A stretch of DNA of 63,962 nt, filler included, from Octopus bimaculoides (taxonomy: Eukaryota), in the NCBI RefSeq assembly GCF_001194135.2. It is 6 parts of 5 records of this genome, joined end to end, with 100 filler letters (N's around TTAATTAATTAA, not from the genome) between each part and the next. Parts side by side here need not be neighbours in the genome. Positions count along the whole stretch, not along the records: positions 1 to 16,684 come from NC_068991.1; 5 more parts are not named here. One strand, written 5' to 3'. The notes beneath the pieces are model-generated. The model saw nothing but the letters and a program-made list of their open reading frames with translations. It had not been told where the DNA came from and made no database searches. The first letter of the stretch is position 1. Each line of letters begins with the position of its first letter. Below, one piece after another: positions 1-13,084 of the stretch. The position numbers and the translations under genes are program-made.

Positions 1-25
1 ATATATATATATATATATATATATA

Positions 26-176
26 CACGACGAAATTTTTCGGTTTCCGTCGACCAAATCCACTCGTAAGACTGGTTGGCCCGTGCCGATAGTAAACAGA
101 ATTTGTCCAAGGTACCCCGCCGTGGAACTGAAACCGGAACCATGTTGTTGTGAAGCAAACTACTCGCCACACAGCT
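26..176 (-). mobile_element. tRNA-derived SINE family S1, 5' head fragment
   Basis: Matches the heads at 2225-2390, 40938-41095 and 53470-53600 (motif ttccgtc.accaaatccactc...gaaaccggaaccatg). Confidence 0.8.
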
Positions 177-225
177 TGTATATATCGGAAATTCCCAAAT
201 TCATAGACTTTCGTTAATATTGCTT

Positions 226-428
226 TCAAATTATGACATGAGGCCAGCAATTTTTCCGAAGGGGCGAAGTCGATAACATTGTTCCCAGTACTTCACTGGT
301 ACTTTTGTTTTCTATCGATCCCCGATAGGATGAAAGGCGGAATTTGAACTCAGAATGTAAAGACTGACGAAATACCGTTAAGCTCTTCGCCCGTCGTGCC
401 AACGACTCTTCCAGCTCGCTGCCTTATC
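226..428 (-). mobile_element. tRNA-derived SINE family S2 (~210 bp), full length
   Basis: Same sequence recurs at 7677-7812, 12285-12412, 24108-24312, 27862-28056 and in clusters at 32 kb and 51 kb. The - strand begins taaggcagcgagctgg. Confidence 0.85.
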
Positions 429-1400
429 TGTGTCATTCATATTAGAGAGAAATATTGAAAATAGCCAATAGTATTAATATTAGAATTTACTATTTTAGGC
501 AAAGAGTGTACTATTAAAGCTTAGCGTCAATAGTATCACAATTAGACATGGCTACAAAGACACAAATCAAGAGAGAATGTAACGGTTCTTGTCTTTCATT
601 AAATGGTTAAAATGTCTCATCCGCGATGTCATTGTTTCACTTTCGCAATATGGTGTCAAATGAAGCCACGTGATTAACATGTATCATTCTGAAATGTATA
701 TCTAACCGTTTGATTGACAGAGTCGAGAAATCGTCGATTGTATAGTTATGTTTAGAATTTCATCGAAAAATCTTGTTTTTCTGGGAGTTCTGTTATGGAT
801 CCGAGCAGGAGAAGTTGCTAGAGTTTAGTTACAACTAAAGCTAACTTTAATGATATTGTTATGGAAGAAATTGCTGATAGCCATAGTTATAGTGCATTGC
901 GTTTAAAAAATGGAAGACAGGCGGCTATATTAAATAAAACAGTTAAACACTGGATCAAATAATATTCTGATTCTCTTTCTAAATCATATTGGATGACACA
1001 TTTAATCAGTGAAACAGAAATAATCGGTCTGGAACTGCGTGATTCTTCAGTCTTATATATAGTTACGATGTGGAATATATTTAGATTTGTCTTCTTTAGA
1101 TTCTTTTTTTATTTAAGATATTTATTCTAATGATCGAAAAGTCTATTAAATAAATCTTCATCTGAAGATGTTTTTGATATTCGTCAGCTAAATTGTTTTT
1201 TTATATCCGTAGATAGTGTCAATAACATATATATAATGTCATTTTTCATAGATACTTATATACCTATACACACACACGCATGTTTTGATTGCACTTCGTC
1301 TTTCGAACAGTTGAATATATTTCGCTGATAAGATTTAATTAGACCAAAAGTTGGTCAGCCGGTGTGGCTTTAAAAAAATCTAGATTCACTGTCTTTACAC

Positions 1401-1401
<1 letters not shown>

Positions 1402-1463
<62 letters not shown>
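1402..1463 (+). repeat. (ATCT)n microsatellite, representative of dozens of (TA)n, (CA)n, (GA)n, (AAT)n, (TACA)n, (GAA)n and (GTA)n tracts in the window
   Basis: Read directly from the sequence. Confidence 0.97.
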
Positions 1464-1465
<2 letters not shown>

Positions 1466-1563
1466 GAATGGTGACTGATTATAAAGACTTTCTGGAAGTC
1501 ACCTTTACACATGCCAATGTTTATTTAATGTGTTTTATGTTTTATGTTTTCTGCACAACTCAC

Positions 1564-1700
1564 CTGACATTGCTGCCTGATCTAATGGGCAAGAATCTGC
1601 ATTCCCGAAAGTAGAGTCTGGAATAGTCAGTTTGGTGGGCTTACTTGAAATTATTTTCTTCATGAGGGAACCTGAACTAAAGCTGACCTTCACTGAACGC
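1564..1700 (-). CDS. Candidate internal coding exon of an unidentified host gene (RSVKVSFSSGSLMKKIISSKPTKLTIPDSTFGNADSCPLDQAAMS)
   Basis: Consensus donor CAG|GTGAGT at 1564/1563, acceptor TATTTATTAG| at 1701, one frame open across all 137 nt, non-repetitive sequence. No homology recognised, and alternative acceptors are possible. Confidence 0.45.
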
Positions 1701-1774
1701 CTAATAAATATTTTTCTATATCTATGGCTCCAAGGGAAATGCTCTCCCAGATGACCTCGGATATTGTTCCTTCA

Positions 1775-1922
1775 GTGGTAAAGTGGTTCGTGTTAGAAAG
1801 AGCATCCAGTTGTAGAAGCCGTTCCAAAGCAGATTGCAGAGCTTGGCGCAGTCTTTTAACTCCAGTACAACCCGTACCAGCATGGAAAAAGCAGGTTAAA
1901 TGGCGGTGATGATGATAATGAC

Positions 1923-1983
<61 letters not shown>
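1775..1983 (+). mobile_element. RTE-type LINE/SINE 3' tail ending in (GAT)n
   Basis: gcatccagttgtag...ccagcatggaaaaagcaggttaaat followed by (GAT)n; the related tail occurs inverted at 61170-61330. Confidence 0.65.
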
Positions 1984-1989
1984 AGTCGT

Positions 1990-2390
1990 AACGCTTATCT
2001 TTTATCGTTTACTTGTTACAGGGATTACACTACGGCCATGCTGGGGCCCCGCCTTGAAGGACTCTAGTCGAAGAAATCGATCCCAGGACTTTTTTTAAAA
2101 CCCTGGTACCTTTTCTATCGGTGTACTTTGCCGAACTACTAGCTTACGGGGACATAAACACACCAGCACCGGTTGTCAAGCACTGGTGAGGGACAAACGC
2201 ACACACACATAAATATATGTATATACACGATAGGCTTCTTTCAGTTTCCGTCTACCAAATCCACTCACAAAGCTTTGGTCTGTCCGAGGCTATAGTACAA
2301 GACACTTGCCCAATGAAACTGAATACGGAACTACGTAGTTGGGAAGCAAGCGTTTTATCCTACAATCACACCTGCGCCTGCGCCTGCGCT
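1990..2390 (-). mobile_element. SINE family S1, full-length composite with internal (CA)/(TA) tract
   Basis: Colinear with the + strand copy at 53470-53825. Confidence 0.85.
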
Positions 2391-2777
2391 TATTTACATC
2401 CTTTTTCCGAGTCTTGAATGTGCGGGAGATCTTATCTTTAAATCCACAATCTGCTCGAGTCCTGTTATGAAGCGATGCTGCTTTGTTGAACGTGTTTTGT
2501 TTTACCAGAAGAGAAGAGGTTTGAAATTCTCATACTGATGTTAGCCATTAGATTTTGAAATACGATACACGCAGCAAAATTGCTTATTTATAAATCTAAA
2601 TTGACAGAAAAAGGAAAAAACAGAAATGACATGAAGCTGGAGCAGTTTGTCTCAAATGATATTTTGTAGATAATATATGAATGACTCTCAAGAGTAGTAA
2701 ATGCTTTATTTTGCTGAACCATTCAACAAACTAACGCTATGCTATAAATGTGTGTGTGTGTGTGTGAGTGTGTGTGT

Positions 2778-3058
2778 AATGAAGGTGCATGGCTTAGTGA
2801 GTGGGGATATACGGTTCCCGTTCGTAAGGTCGTGAGTTCGTTTCCTGGCAGCTCTGCAGGCAAAATTGAGCTGTACCTCTAATTCAAAGGGGGACAGCCT
2901 TGTCACATTTTGTGTCACTTTCAATCACTCTCTGACCTACGTTAAGAGTACGCGTGTCTGTGGAGTACTCAGCTACTTGCACATTAATTACACGAGCATT
3001 CTGTTCCATTCATCGGATCAACTGTAACACTCGCCGTCGCAACCGACGGAGTGCCATA
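2778..3058 (+). mobile_element. tRNA-derived SINE family S3
   Basis: A/B-box-like head (tggcttagtg...ggtcgtgagttcgtttcc); 3' tail ...caaccgacggagtgcc shared with 3270-3460, 43170-43530 and 45600-45790. Confidence 0.75.
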
Positions 3059-3463
3059 AGTGTGTGCATGTGTGTGTGTGTGTGTGGGAGGGTGTTTGGG
3101 TGTGTAGGCTCAGTATGACAGAATTGTAGAGAAGTTTGTTTCGTAATCACAGGGCTCAGCGTTCGCTTCTAGTGCCCGGCATCATAGGCAAATATCAGTT
3201 TGTATGGCCTAATTTCGACGTTGTGAGTGAAATCGGGTAGACGGAAACTGTACTGAAGCCTGTCACAGGGATTGTGCCTGCTGTTCAAAGGTACATTCTT
3301 GTCGCACACAAGGGTCACGCTGATTCCATCTGAGAATTACATTAAAGGCAGCCATGTGTGAAGAATTGAGGAACGCTCCGCCACTTAAACGTTAATTCAA
3401 CAAACGAGTAATTCAGTTGATTGAAAAGCTAAATAATCATCGCTGAAACCGACGGAGGCCGTT

Positions 3464-3495
<32 letters not shown>

Positions 3496-4732
3496 TACAG
3501 AGAAAGTGAGAGGAGAAAGAGAATTATACACATGCTCACGCACGGTTGCTCACACACACACGCACACACACACGCACACACANNNNNNNNNNNNNNNNNN
3601 NNNNNNNNNNNNNNNNNNNNNNNNNNNNNNNNNNNNNNNNNNNNNNNNNNNNNNNNNNNNNNNNNNNNNNNNNNNNNNNNNNNNNNNNNNNNNNNNNNNN
3701 NNNNNNNNNNNNNNNNNNNNNNNNNNNNNNNNNNNNNNNNNNNNNNNNNNNNNNNNNNNNNNNNNNNNNNNNNNNNNNNNNNNNNNNNNNNNNNNNNNNN
3801 NNNNNNNNNNNNNNNNNNNNNNNNNNNNNNNNNNNNNNNNNNNNNNNNNNNNNNNNNNNNNNNNNNNNNNNNNNNNNNNNNNNNNNNNNNNNNNNNNNNN
3901 NNNNNNNNNNNNNNNNNNNNNNNNNNNNNNNNNNNNNNNNNNNNNNNNNNNNNNNNNNNNNNNNNNNNNNNNNNNNNNNNNNNNNNNNNNNNNNNNNNNN
4001 NNNNNNNNNNNNNNNNNNNNNNNNNNNNNNNNNNNNNNNNNNNNNNNNNNNNNNNNNNNNNNNNNNNNNNNNNNNNNNNNNNNNNNNNNNNNNNNNNNNN
4101 NNNNNNNNNNNNNNNNNNNNNNNNNNNNNNNNNNNNNNNNNNNNNNNNNNNNAGAGAAACAACAATAACAAAAGTAATTTACAACAATTACTGTTGTAAG
4201 AGCAGAAATAATAAAGCACCGCCCTACATGGTGTACACGTGACAGTCCAAGTAGTGACCCTCCCTACTTCATCTGGGTCGACTTTCTCTTTCATCTTAAC
4301 CCCACCCGTCATTATCGCATTACAGGTTTTCTATACACCCAGTGTTAACGGACACTCCCCCTCTCCCCTCTCTTCCTTCCAAAGGATAAAGACAGTCAAG
4401 TGTTGAATAAAAGCCCCTTAAACAAGTCCCTTATCTCTCATGTATATGTGCGTGTGTATATGTTTGTATAAATGTATGAGTGAATGTATATAGTATATAT
4501 GTATGTACACATGTGTTCATGTATGTGTGTATGTTTGTGAAGGGCTGATTACTTCAACTCACTCGCAACATGAAAACATACAATATGTACAACCACAGCA
4601 ACAAGCATAACAACAACAATGCTTGTGAATGTCTGTATGTGTGTGTGTATCGATGTACAAGCGTTCAAATGGATGTACGGCGTTAGATGTTGATGTGTGC
4701 ATTCGGCTGACCGTGTGTAGGAATGGCCATGG

Positions 4733-4775
<43 letters not shown>

Positions 4776-5984
4776 GATATGCTGAATGTGTCTGAGTCGA
4801 TTTGATGTATCGTCTGCTCTCAGCGATGTTGCTCCTGTGTGCAAGAGTGCATGAGAGTCTGGTACATGTATAGGTTCATGCATGTATTGTGTCTTGGCGT
4901 GCGTGTATTGTTGTATGTACGCGCGCGCGCGTGTCTCCGTGTGCCTGTAAGAAAGGAAGGAAAGAAGACAGGAAGAAACGTAGAAGAGTGAATGGAATGT
5001 GGAAGATAATAAGGATTAGTATTGTTAGGGTAGAAGGAGGGAGTCGGAGGGGGAGGAGGAGAAGGATTGTATTGATGGCGGAAGGAAGAAAAAGGAGAGG
5101 GGGGATGGGAGGGGAGGAGGAGGAGGAGGAGAAAGAGGAGGACGAAGGAAAGCAAACAACAGTAACAAGGTACGAAAAAATGAATGTGAAGTAATCTTGA
5201 AGTGATGTCAGAATGGACTGGATAAATATGTCTCTCACTCTACCTATTTATCTCTCTGGATATACTTACATACACACGCACCCNNNNNNNNNNNNNNNNN
5301 NNNNNNNNNNNNNNNNNNNNNNNNNNNNNNNNNNNNNNNNNNNNNNNNNNNNNNNNNNNNNNNNNNNNNNNNNNNNNNNNNNNNNNNNNNNNNNNNNNNN
5401 NNNNNNNNNNNNNNNNNNNNNNNNNNNNNNNNNNNNNNNNNNNNNNNNNNNNNNNNNNNNNNNNNNNNNNNNNNNNNNNNNNNNNNNNNNNNNNNNNNNN
5501 NNNNNNNNNNNNNNNNNNNNNNNNNNNNNNNNNNNNNNNNNNNNNNNNNNNNNNNNNNNNNNNNNNNNNNNNNNNNNNNNNNNNNNNNNNNNNNNNNNNN
5601 NNNNNNNNNNNNNNNNNNNNNNNNNNNNNNNNNNNNNNNNNNNNNNNNNNNNNNNNNNNNNNNNNNNNNNNNNNNNNNNNNNNNNNNNNNNNNNNNNNNN
5701 NNNNNNNNNNNNNNNNNNNNNNNNNNNNNNNNNNNNNNNNNNNNNNNNNNNNNNNNNNNNNNNNNNNNNNNNNNNNNNNNNNNNNNNNNNNNNNNNNNNN
5801 NNNNNNNNNNNNNNNNNNNNNNNNNNNNNNNNNNNNNNNNNNNNNNNNNNNNNNNNNNNNNNNNNNNNNNNNNNNNNNNNNNNNNNNNNNNNNNNNNNNN
5901 NNNNNNNNNNNNNNNNNNNNNNNNNNNNNNNNNNNNNNNNNNNNNNNNNNNNNNNNNNNNNNNNNNNNNNNNNNNNNNNNNNNN

Positions 5985-6089
<105 letters not shown>

Positions 6090-7338
6090 CACATGCATAC
6101 ACACACACGCATATACACATACGTATATACATGCGAGCACGTACACAGATATCTGTCTGTCTGTCTGTCTGTTTCTATGTCATAGTGAAAAAATTTTAAA
6201 TAGTTTTTGTTTATTTTGTTTCCTGTGAAATTCTTCCCCCAAAATATGGTAAAGGTGTGCAATTCCGTTTTATTCTTTGATTACTTTATGTTCATGGACT
6301 ACGACCATACTGCAGCACTATATATAAATATGGGATGACATACCTCGTTATAAGGCACATTATACGCGCTCGCGCGTATACACGCACCATATTGAAGCGG
6401 ATCGAACTCATTCCTTGTTTCGATTTGATTATTATTTTATCGATATCTATGTTCCGAAATGTTAAGTCACAGGATGTAAACCAGTAAAAGATAAACAAGA
6501 CTGCTTTTGAGAGTGGTGTAAAATAATAAACACACCTGGATCATGCATATATATACGCGTGTATATATACATATATATATANNNNNNNNNNNNNNNNNNN
6601 NNNNNNNNNNNNNNNNNNNNNNNNNNNNNNNNNNNNNNNNNNNNNNNNNNNNNNNNNNNNNNNNNNNNNNNNNNNNNNNNNNNNNNNNNNNNNNNNNNNN
6701 NNNNNNNNNNNNNNNNNNNNNNNNNNNNNNNNNNNNNNNNNNNNNNNNNNNNNNNNNNNNNNNNNNNNNNNNNNNNNNNNNNNNNNNNNNNNNNNNNNNN
6801 NNNNNNNNNNNNNNNNNNNNNNNNNNNNNNNNNNNNNNNNNNNNNNNNNNNNNNNNNNNNNNNNNNNNNNNNNNNNNNNNNNNNNNNNNNNNNNNNNNNN
6901 NNNNNNNNNNNNNNNNNNNNNNNNNNNNNNNNNNNNNNNNNNNNNNNNNNNNNNNNNNNNNNNNNNNNNNNNNNNNNNNNNNNNNNNNNNNNNNNNNNNN
7001 NNNNNNNNNNNNNNNNNNNNNNNNNNNNNNNNNNNNNNAATATACATATACATACATAGATATATAGGCGCATATGGAAAGAAACTCACGCGGCGAATGT
7101 ATAAACACACACACGCATACAAGTACATGCATACACACATACGTGCGTACATAGGTGATATACATACACAAGATGTAGTCAAATACTGAAAAGACGGAAG
7201 AAAACAGGTGAGACGGAGGGAGGGGGGACTGATGCAGTGGGGGGGAGTAAGAAGGGAAAGTGAGTAGAAAGGGGAGAGGGAGGAGGAAGAGTAAGAGTGA
7301 GAGAAGGAGAAATAAAGACAAAGGGGTGGGGTGGTGAG

Positions 7339-7371
<33 letters not shown>

Positions 7372-8309
7372 CACACACACACACATATGTGTGTGTGTGT
7401 GTGTGTGGTGGACATGTTGATAAAAGTATAAAGATGTGTGTGCGTGTCTATATATTGTTGTTGCTAATGTTTATTGCATGTATATAGGTATGTCTGTGTA
7501 TAAATATACACATACATACATACATACGTACACAAACACACACACAAGCACACATGTATATATATATATATATATATCCTTTCACGAGTGTATGTTTATG
7601 GTTTTGTGCGTGTGTGCATATATATATGTGTGTGTCTGTATATATGTGTGTTTGTGTGTAGATCATAAATATTGGTTTCAAATTTTGGCACACGGCCAGC
7701 AATTTTGTGTGGGGAGGAGTTAAGTCGATTACATCGATCCCCAGTGTTCAACTGGTACTTCTTTTGTCGAACCCCGAAAGGACGAAAGGCAAAGTCGACC
7801 TCGGCGGAATTATAATAAGAAATACTAATAAGAACAACACGAGCGAGTAAAACACCAACACTAGCAACAAGAACAAGAACAATGAGAAGCAGAGGGCCAT
7901 AGATTAAGGATAGAGGTGCAGTCGACCGACCCGGAAGGGGCCAACGTTGATCCGAATGGGATTGGAACGTAAAGTATGGAGCCGGAAACAACAGCAACCA
8001 CAACAACAATAAGAACAACACCGAGAATACCTTTACCATTAACAACAACAACAGCAACATCAACAACAATTTAGAAGAAGAACGATATCAACCACAAGCA
8101 GATCGATTATTAATGTAAATGATTTATATAAACAACGGTTTGGCGGGATTTTTAAGAAAAACCAACCAGAATTTATCGAACACAGTTACGAAGGAAACTG
8201 AAATACTACGATAACAGCAAGAAAAAAGAAAGAAACAGAAAAAAAACCCCAGAAAGCTTTCAATAACGGCCCCTCCTGAGCTATAGGCTCGTCAACACGG
8301 TTTGCCAGA

Positions 8310-8510
8310 TTCTGTGGCGTATAAATTTCCCCCACCCCGCCTGGACAGAACGTCGGCCTGTCGCAGGGTTTACTAATTTTTGCCAACGGTGGGGACTGGA
8401 GCAACGTGAAATGAAGTATTATCCTCCTGAATATAATGCATTGCCTGGTCTAGGAATCGAAACCACAATCTTACGTTCATGAATGCAACACCCGAACCAC
8501 TAACCACTTG
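8310..8510 (-). mobile_element. tRNA-derived SINE with CORE-like central region
   Basis: - strand head gtggttagtggttcggg...ggtttcgattcc; central ...ttcacgttgctccagtcc also at 58050-58130 (+). Confidence 0.6.
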
Positions 8511-8889
8511 CACTGCTTATTATGTGTCCAGAGAAAAAGCTCAGGTGTCCGAATTATCAATAAAAAATTGCAAGATGATTTGAATGTTAACGAGATTGAA
8601 ATATTTTGTCGATGTTATTAGAATATATTTTGGATTGCATCAACTTTAACTCCCGGTCGGCGTTTTTCTCGTCGAATTCCCGCCAATGCCAGCTGGTATG
8701 TGAATCACGCCATATTTAATGTGGATCTGATAAAACCACCTTTTCGTAACAAGGATCATTGTATGGATTTTAAATATATAGAATATGGATGATGTCTTTA
8801 GTGTAACGGGACGCCTGTTACATCGATGATTCGCTTTATGCTGTTTTTACACACACACACACACACACAGACACACAGACACAGACACA

Positions 8890-8928
<39 letters not shown>

Positions 8929-10017
8929 ACACACACACACACACACAAATGTATATGCGGAAACTTGCAAAAAGCTGGCTTGTGAAAGTGTTACCAATAA
9001 GATTCAGTACACCAGTAGGATTCAAGGGTCATCAGGAGAAAATACACATGATCTGTCTATCCTTATACCTGTCTATAGCTATAGACAGGTGGTTACAAGA
9101 TAGACAGATAGGCAGGCATAAATAAAATTAAATTACATCACAAAAATGACATGAAGGTAGCGTGAAATTTTAAGATATTTAATGTTATGCTCGGAGAAAT
9201 GGATCTGTATCTGACGTTTCGGATGTAAACACTTTATCAGAAAAACATAATTAATGAAGAAGAGAGGAGAAAAGACGAAAACTAAAAGACTTAGATGAAA
9301 GTCGTAAAATGTAGGCTTCAATTCAGTCGCTGTTTTGACGCCGTGTGTGTGTGCAACAATCAAACTGGCCGGTTCCTATACATAATAGGTGCTAATTAAT
9401 TGGTCTAAGCCCCAGTATATTACTGTTTTTTTAACAGCCAATGCGTGAAGTGAAGACATCCTGAACACAAGAGGTTCCAAAGATAAGATACTTCGTTTAC
9501 TTACTACATAAGGAAATGTGTGTGCGTATGTTGGGGGGTGGGGTGATGGCAGAGTGTTAAACTCAGTTGTGGCTGTCTGCGCTCTGAGTTCTAATCTCGC
9601 CGAGTTTTCCTTTCCTATTCATTCGTGGACGATAAAAAAGTAACAGTCAATAACTGGTGACGTTACTTTGTTTGTTTCCTTCTTTCTTTCTCCCTCTCTC
9701 TCCCTCTTTCTATCTATTTCTCCCTCTCTTTCTCTCTTTCTCTTTCTTAGTCTGTCATCACGGCGTCATCAGGTATTGAAGCCTTGAAATAAGACATATG
9801 TCACCCTCCACCACCACCACCACCACCATCACTAAGACAATTTCAACAGGAACAAGAGCAACAACAAAAGCAACAGGTAAAAATAGAGAAAGAGACACCA
9901 GCAGCAGCAGCAGGAAGAGTCATGCAAGGTGCGCGCTCGTGTTTGCGTGTTTTTGTGCAGGTGTATGAGTGTCTATATGAACATATATACATGCATACAT
10001 ACATATACATACAAACA

Positions 10018-10054
<37 letters not shown>

Positions 10055-10056
10055 GC

Positions 10057-10104
<48 letters not shown>

Positions 10105-11591
10105 TATAGTCGTGTTAAGGTGTTGAGGTAGTTTCATTGTACATATGGATGCTGAATCCCATATTGTTGAATCTACTGCTGATATCGCAGCAGGGCTGCA
10201 CCTGCACTGGTTGCAGTAGATCTGCTGCCTGCAGTAGCAGCAGTCGTAGATGCACTTGTCCTGTACTAGCAGTAGATATACTTGTGCTGGAGCATCTACT
10301 GCAACACCAGCAACAACAATAACAAGTCAACAAGGAGACGGAAACGTGGTTGGTCGAACATCTAGAAACAGCAGGCTACTCTCCATCGGAAGGACACAAA
10401 AGATAATGTTGTCATTAAATGAGTCTTATTAAGATAGGGTGGTCATGGCTGGATCACATTTGATCTGGGTCTACTCTGTCAGTGATAAGATCAATAAATT
10501 TTTCTCTGCGTGAGAAAACACACTTTATACACCTTGTTTACACAGTCACACACATATAAACACCTGTGTATGTATATGTATTTATATATATATATACATA
10601 TACACACGTACACATGCACATACATAAATGTGCATTATATATGCATGCATGCATATGTGTGTGTATGTGTATGTATACATATGTGTACCCACACGCATAT
10701 GCATGCTTGTCTATGATGTAAGACCGTATTCGAAATGAAGCTTGATAAAACAATCCGTTATGTAAGAAAACAAATGAACATATAGACACTCTCTCTCTCA
10801 CACACACAGAGAATACATTCACCCCCCCCCCCCACACACAACACGGACACACATTTTAGTAGAGGGAAATATTCCGTTGAATCGACAGGTACCTTATTTT
10901 ATGAACCCTGGGTGGATGGAAAATGAAAAGGACTTCTACCTGATTTGAACCTGGAACTTTAACACTCTCATTAAATGCCGCGTAATACTTAGACACCAAA
11001 TCAACATCCTTGCCTGTACTACAACCAATACCACAACTAGTGCTAGTACAGCTAAACAACACTTCCAAACGCTACAACACCAACACCACAGCCAATACCA
11101 CAATAAAACATTGTAACTAACCCGAGCCACAACCGATACCACAATATTAACCACGCCAATACTGCAACCAATACCACAGCCACTACATCGTAACCACCAG
11201 CACCACCATCCCCTCCATCGTCACCACCGTTTCCACCACTACCAGCACCACCATAGCCAATACAACGTTGCGTAAACAAGTTTTAGTGAGATGCAATGTA
11301 CCGGTCTAGATTGATTTCGCAAGGTTTAGTAAAGATTAGTAATTACAACAGTGTGTTAATTAGTGAGTGTTAATTAAGCACAACAACAACGATAGTAATA
11401 ATCTTTTCTTTATTGGCCACAAGGGCCAAGCAGATAAGAAAAAGGAACAATCCAAAATAAGGGCCACTTTGGGTTTCGCACAAAAATACGTAAATACGAT
11501 AAAAGGAACAACAATTTCAACAACAAAAATTCCCCAATTTAAAAAAAAAAAATAACAATAATATTGTAGATGTGCTAAAGTTGAAACTCAC

Positions 11592-11619
11592 GTGTAGTGG
11601 CGGTGTCGGCGGCAGACAT
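11592..11619 (-). CDS. Candidate first coding exon (MSAADTATT + 1 nt, phase 1)
   Basis: gaccATG Kozak context at 11619, 28 coding nt of GC-rich sequence, then consensus donor C|GTGAGT (11591-11586). Confidence 0.5.
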
Positions 11620-11819
11620 GGTCAGAGAGATACCGAGATGGTGATGATGGTAATGTGTTTTGCTGTTGTGTTGTGGTGTGTATACCTCCTTAGACTGACA
11701 CTGACTACAACACACAACTAGCTTAGCTACACACTCAATCTCTCACTCAACAGTCACTCTCTCACTCTCATTCATTAGTCTCACTCTCACTCAACAGCTG
11801 ATGAACTGGTTCAGCCTAC

Positions 11820-11874
11820 TGTCAGTCGAACTGTTTGACTGAGCTAGCTGCACGGTCTGCTGGATGGATGGATG

Positions 11875-11918
<44 letters not shown>

Positions 11919-11955
11919 GATGGATGGTCTGGCGGTTGGCACTGGTGGATTGGGC
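11820..11955 (-). promoter_or_regulatory. Putative promoter: Inr-like TCAGTC (11842-11837), (CT)n tract, CCAAT box (~11947-11952)
   Basis: Motifs lie in the expected order upstream of the candidate ATG exon. Motifs are short, so chance occurrence is possible. Confidence 0.35.
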
Positions 11956-12166
11956 CGAAAAGCGGATGCTGCCCGGCTAGTCGGAGGGATGAAGAGATGT
12001 TGATGTTGATGTTCTTACTGTCAGCTGTTGGTGGCGGCGGTGATGGAGTAATGGTGGTGATGGTGGTAGGGGTGGCTGCCTTGGCGATGGTGGTGATAGT
12101 GATGACTGATGATGACGGAGGAGGTGATGATGACGGTGAATAACAATAATAGTAATAATAATGATG

Positions 12167-12209
<43 letters not shown>

Positions 12210-12232
12210 CAACAACAACAACAATAATAATG

Positions 12233-12275
<43 letters not shown>

Positions 12276-12412
12276 TAATGATTTTAAATTTTGACACAAG
12301 GTCAGCAATTTTGGGTGAGAGAGTAAGTCGATTACATCGACCCCAGCGCTTAACTGGTACTTATTTTATCGACCTGGGCGGAATTTGAACCCTAGACGAA
12401 ATAGCGCTAAGC

Positions 12413-12628
12413 AAGAAATATAAAACGTTGTAGGGCTTTAATATTCAGATTGAGAGAGTAATAAAAGCTAGAAGGACTGATTTGGTAAATAAAGAGAACA
12501 GAAAGTTACGGTCCGAAATGATGACAAAAATCAATATAAGAGGTATAGAGAAGATATTGAAGTAGCAGGACCTAGTCATTGAATTACAGAGATTATGGGT
12601 GGTGCGGGTAAAATATATCCCTGTTGTG
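12413..12628 (+). mobile_element. RLE-type (R4/Dong-like) non-LTR retrotransposon fragment E1a
   Basis: Homologous to 15170-15380 (KYKTLWGFNIQTDRVIEARR region). Confidence 0.75.
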
Positions 12629-12629
12629 G

Positions 12630-13072
12630 AAATCACGGTCTATGAAGAGCAAAGACGTGGTGTGAGCAAACTCCAGAAGGAGTCACGGAAAATGAGAATT
12701 GCAAAATCCTGTGGCATGCAATGTTCCAGGGCGGTCACCCAACCAGACATCGGAAACCGAGAAAGAACTTATATGCCCCGGTGACAACAAGATCAATGTG
12801 AAAGAAGAAGAAAAAAACAAACAACTATGAAGATTTGAAGTGGAAAATACGAAGGTTGTGGTCAATGAAGAGAGTAGACCAACATGGCTGACAAAGATCG
12901 GTGCAAGTGTGAAGGTAGAACATCTACAAAAGTCAGCATTGCTTGGAACTGCAAGAAATCTTTGCAGAGTTCTTGAAGCATGACCAGTAAAACAATTGTC
13001 ACCTTAGTTTGCTGGCTGTAGACAGCTGACACTTTCCATCATACCCAACAAAATAAGTTGCGCGTTTTCATA
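12630..13072 (+). mobile_element. RLE-type LINE 3' end E1b
   Basis: ENENCKILW...HLQKSALLGTAR...VLEA* C-terminus, 3'UTR, ends in taataatgataa. Confidence 0.8.
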
Positions 13073-13084
13073 TAATAATGATAA

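Noticed and set aside
702-817. Possible terminal exon on - strand (ATSPARIHNRTPRKTRFFDE...SNG*), phase-compatible with 1564-1700
   Set aside because: Weak polypyrimidine tract, and the antisense in-register frame is similarly open; cannot be distinguished from chance.
2395-2595. - strand segment with a strong acceptor at 2596
   Set aside because: Stops in all three frames just after the acceptor; no consistent exon model.
10130-10330. Cys/Ser-rich ORFs
   Set aside because: Degenerate GCA/GTA triplet repeat, open in several frames.
8798-12388. Poly-HT, YI, RE, N, I and L ORFs
   Set aside because: Translations of di- and trinucleotide microsatellites.
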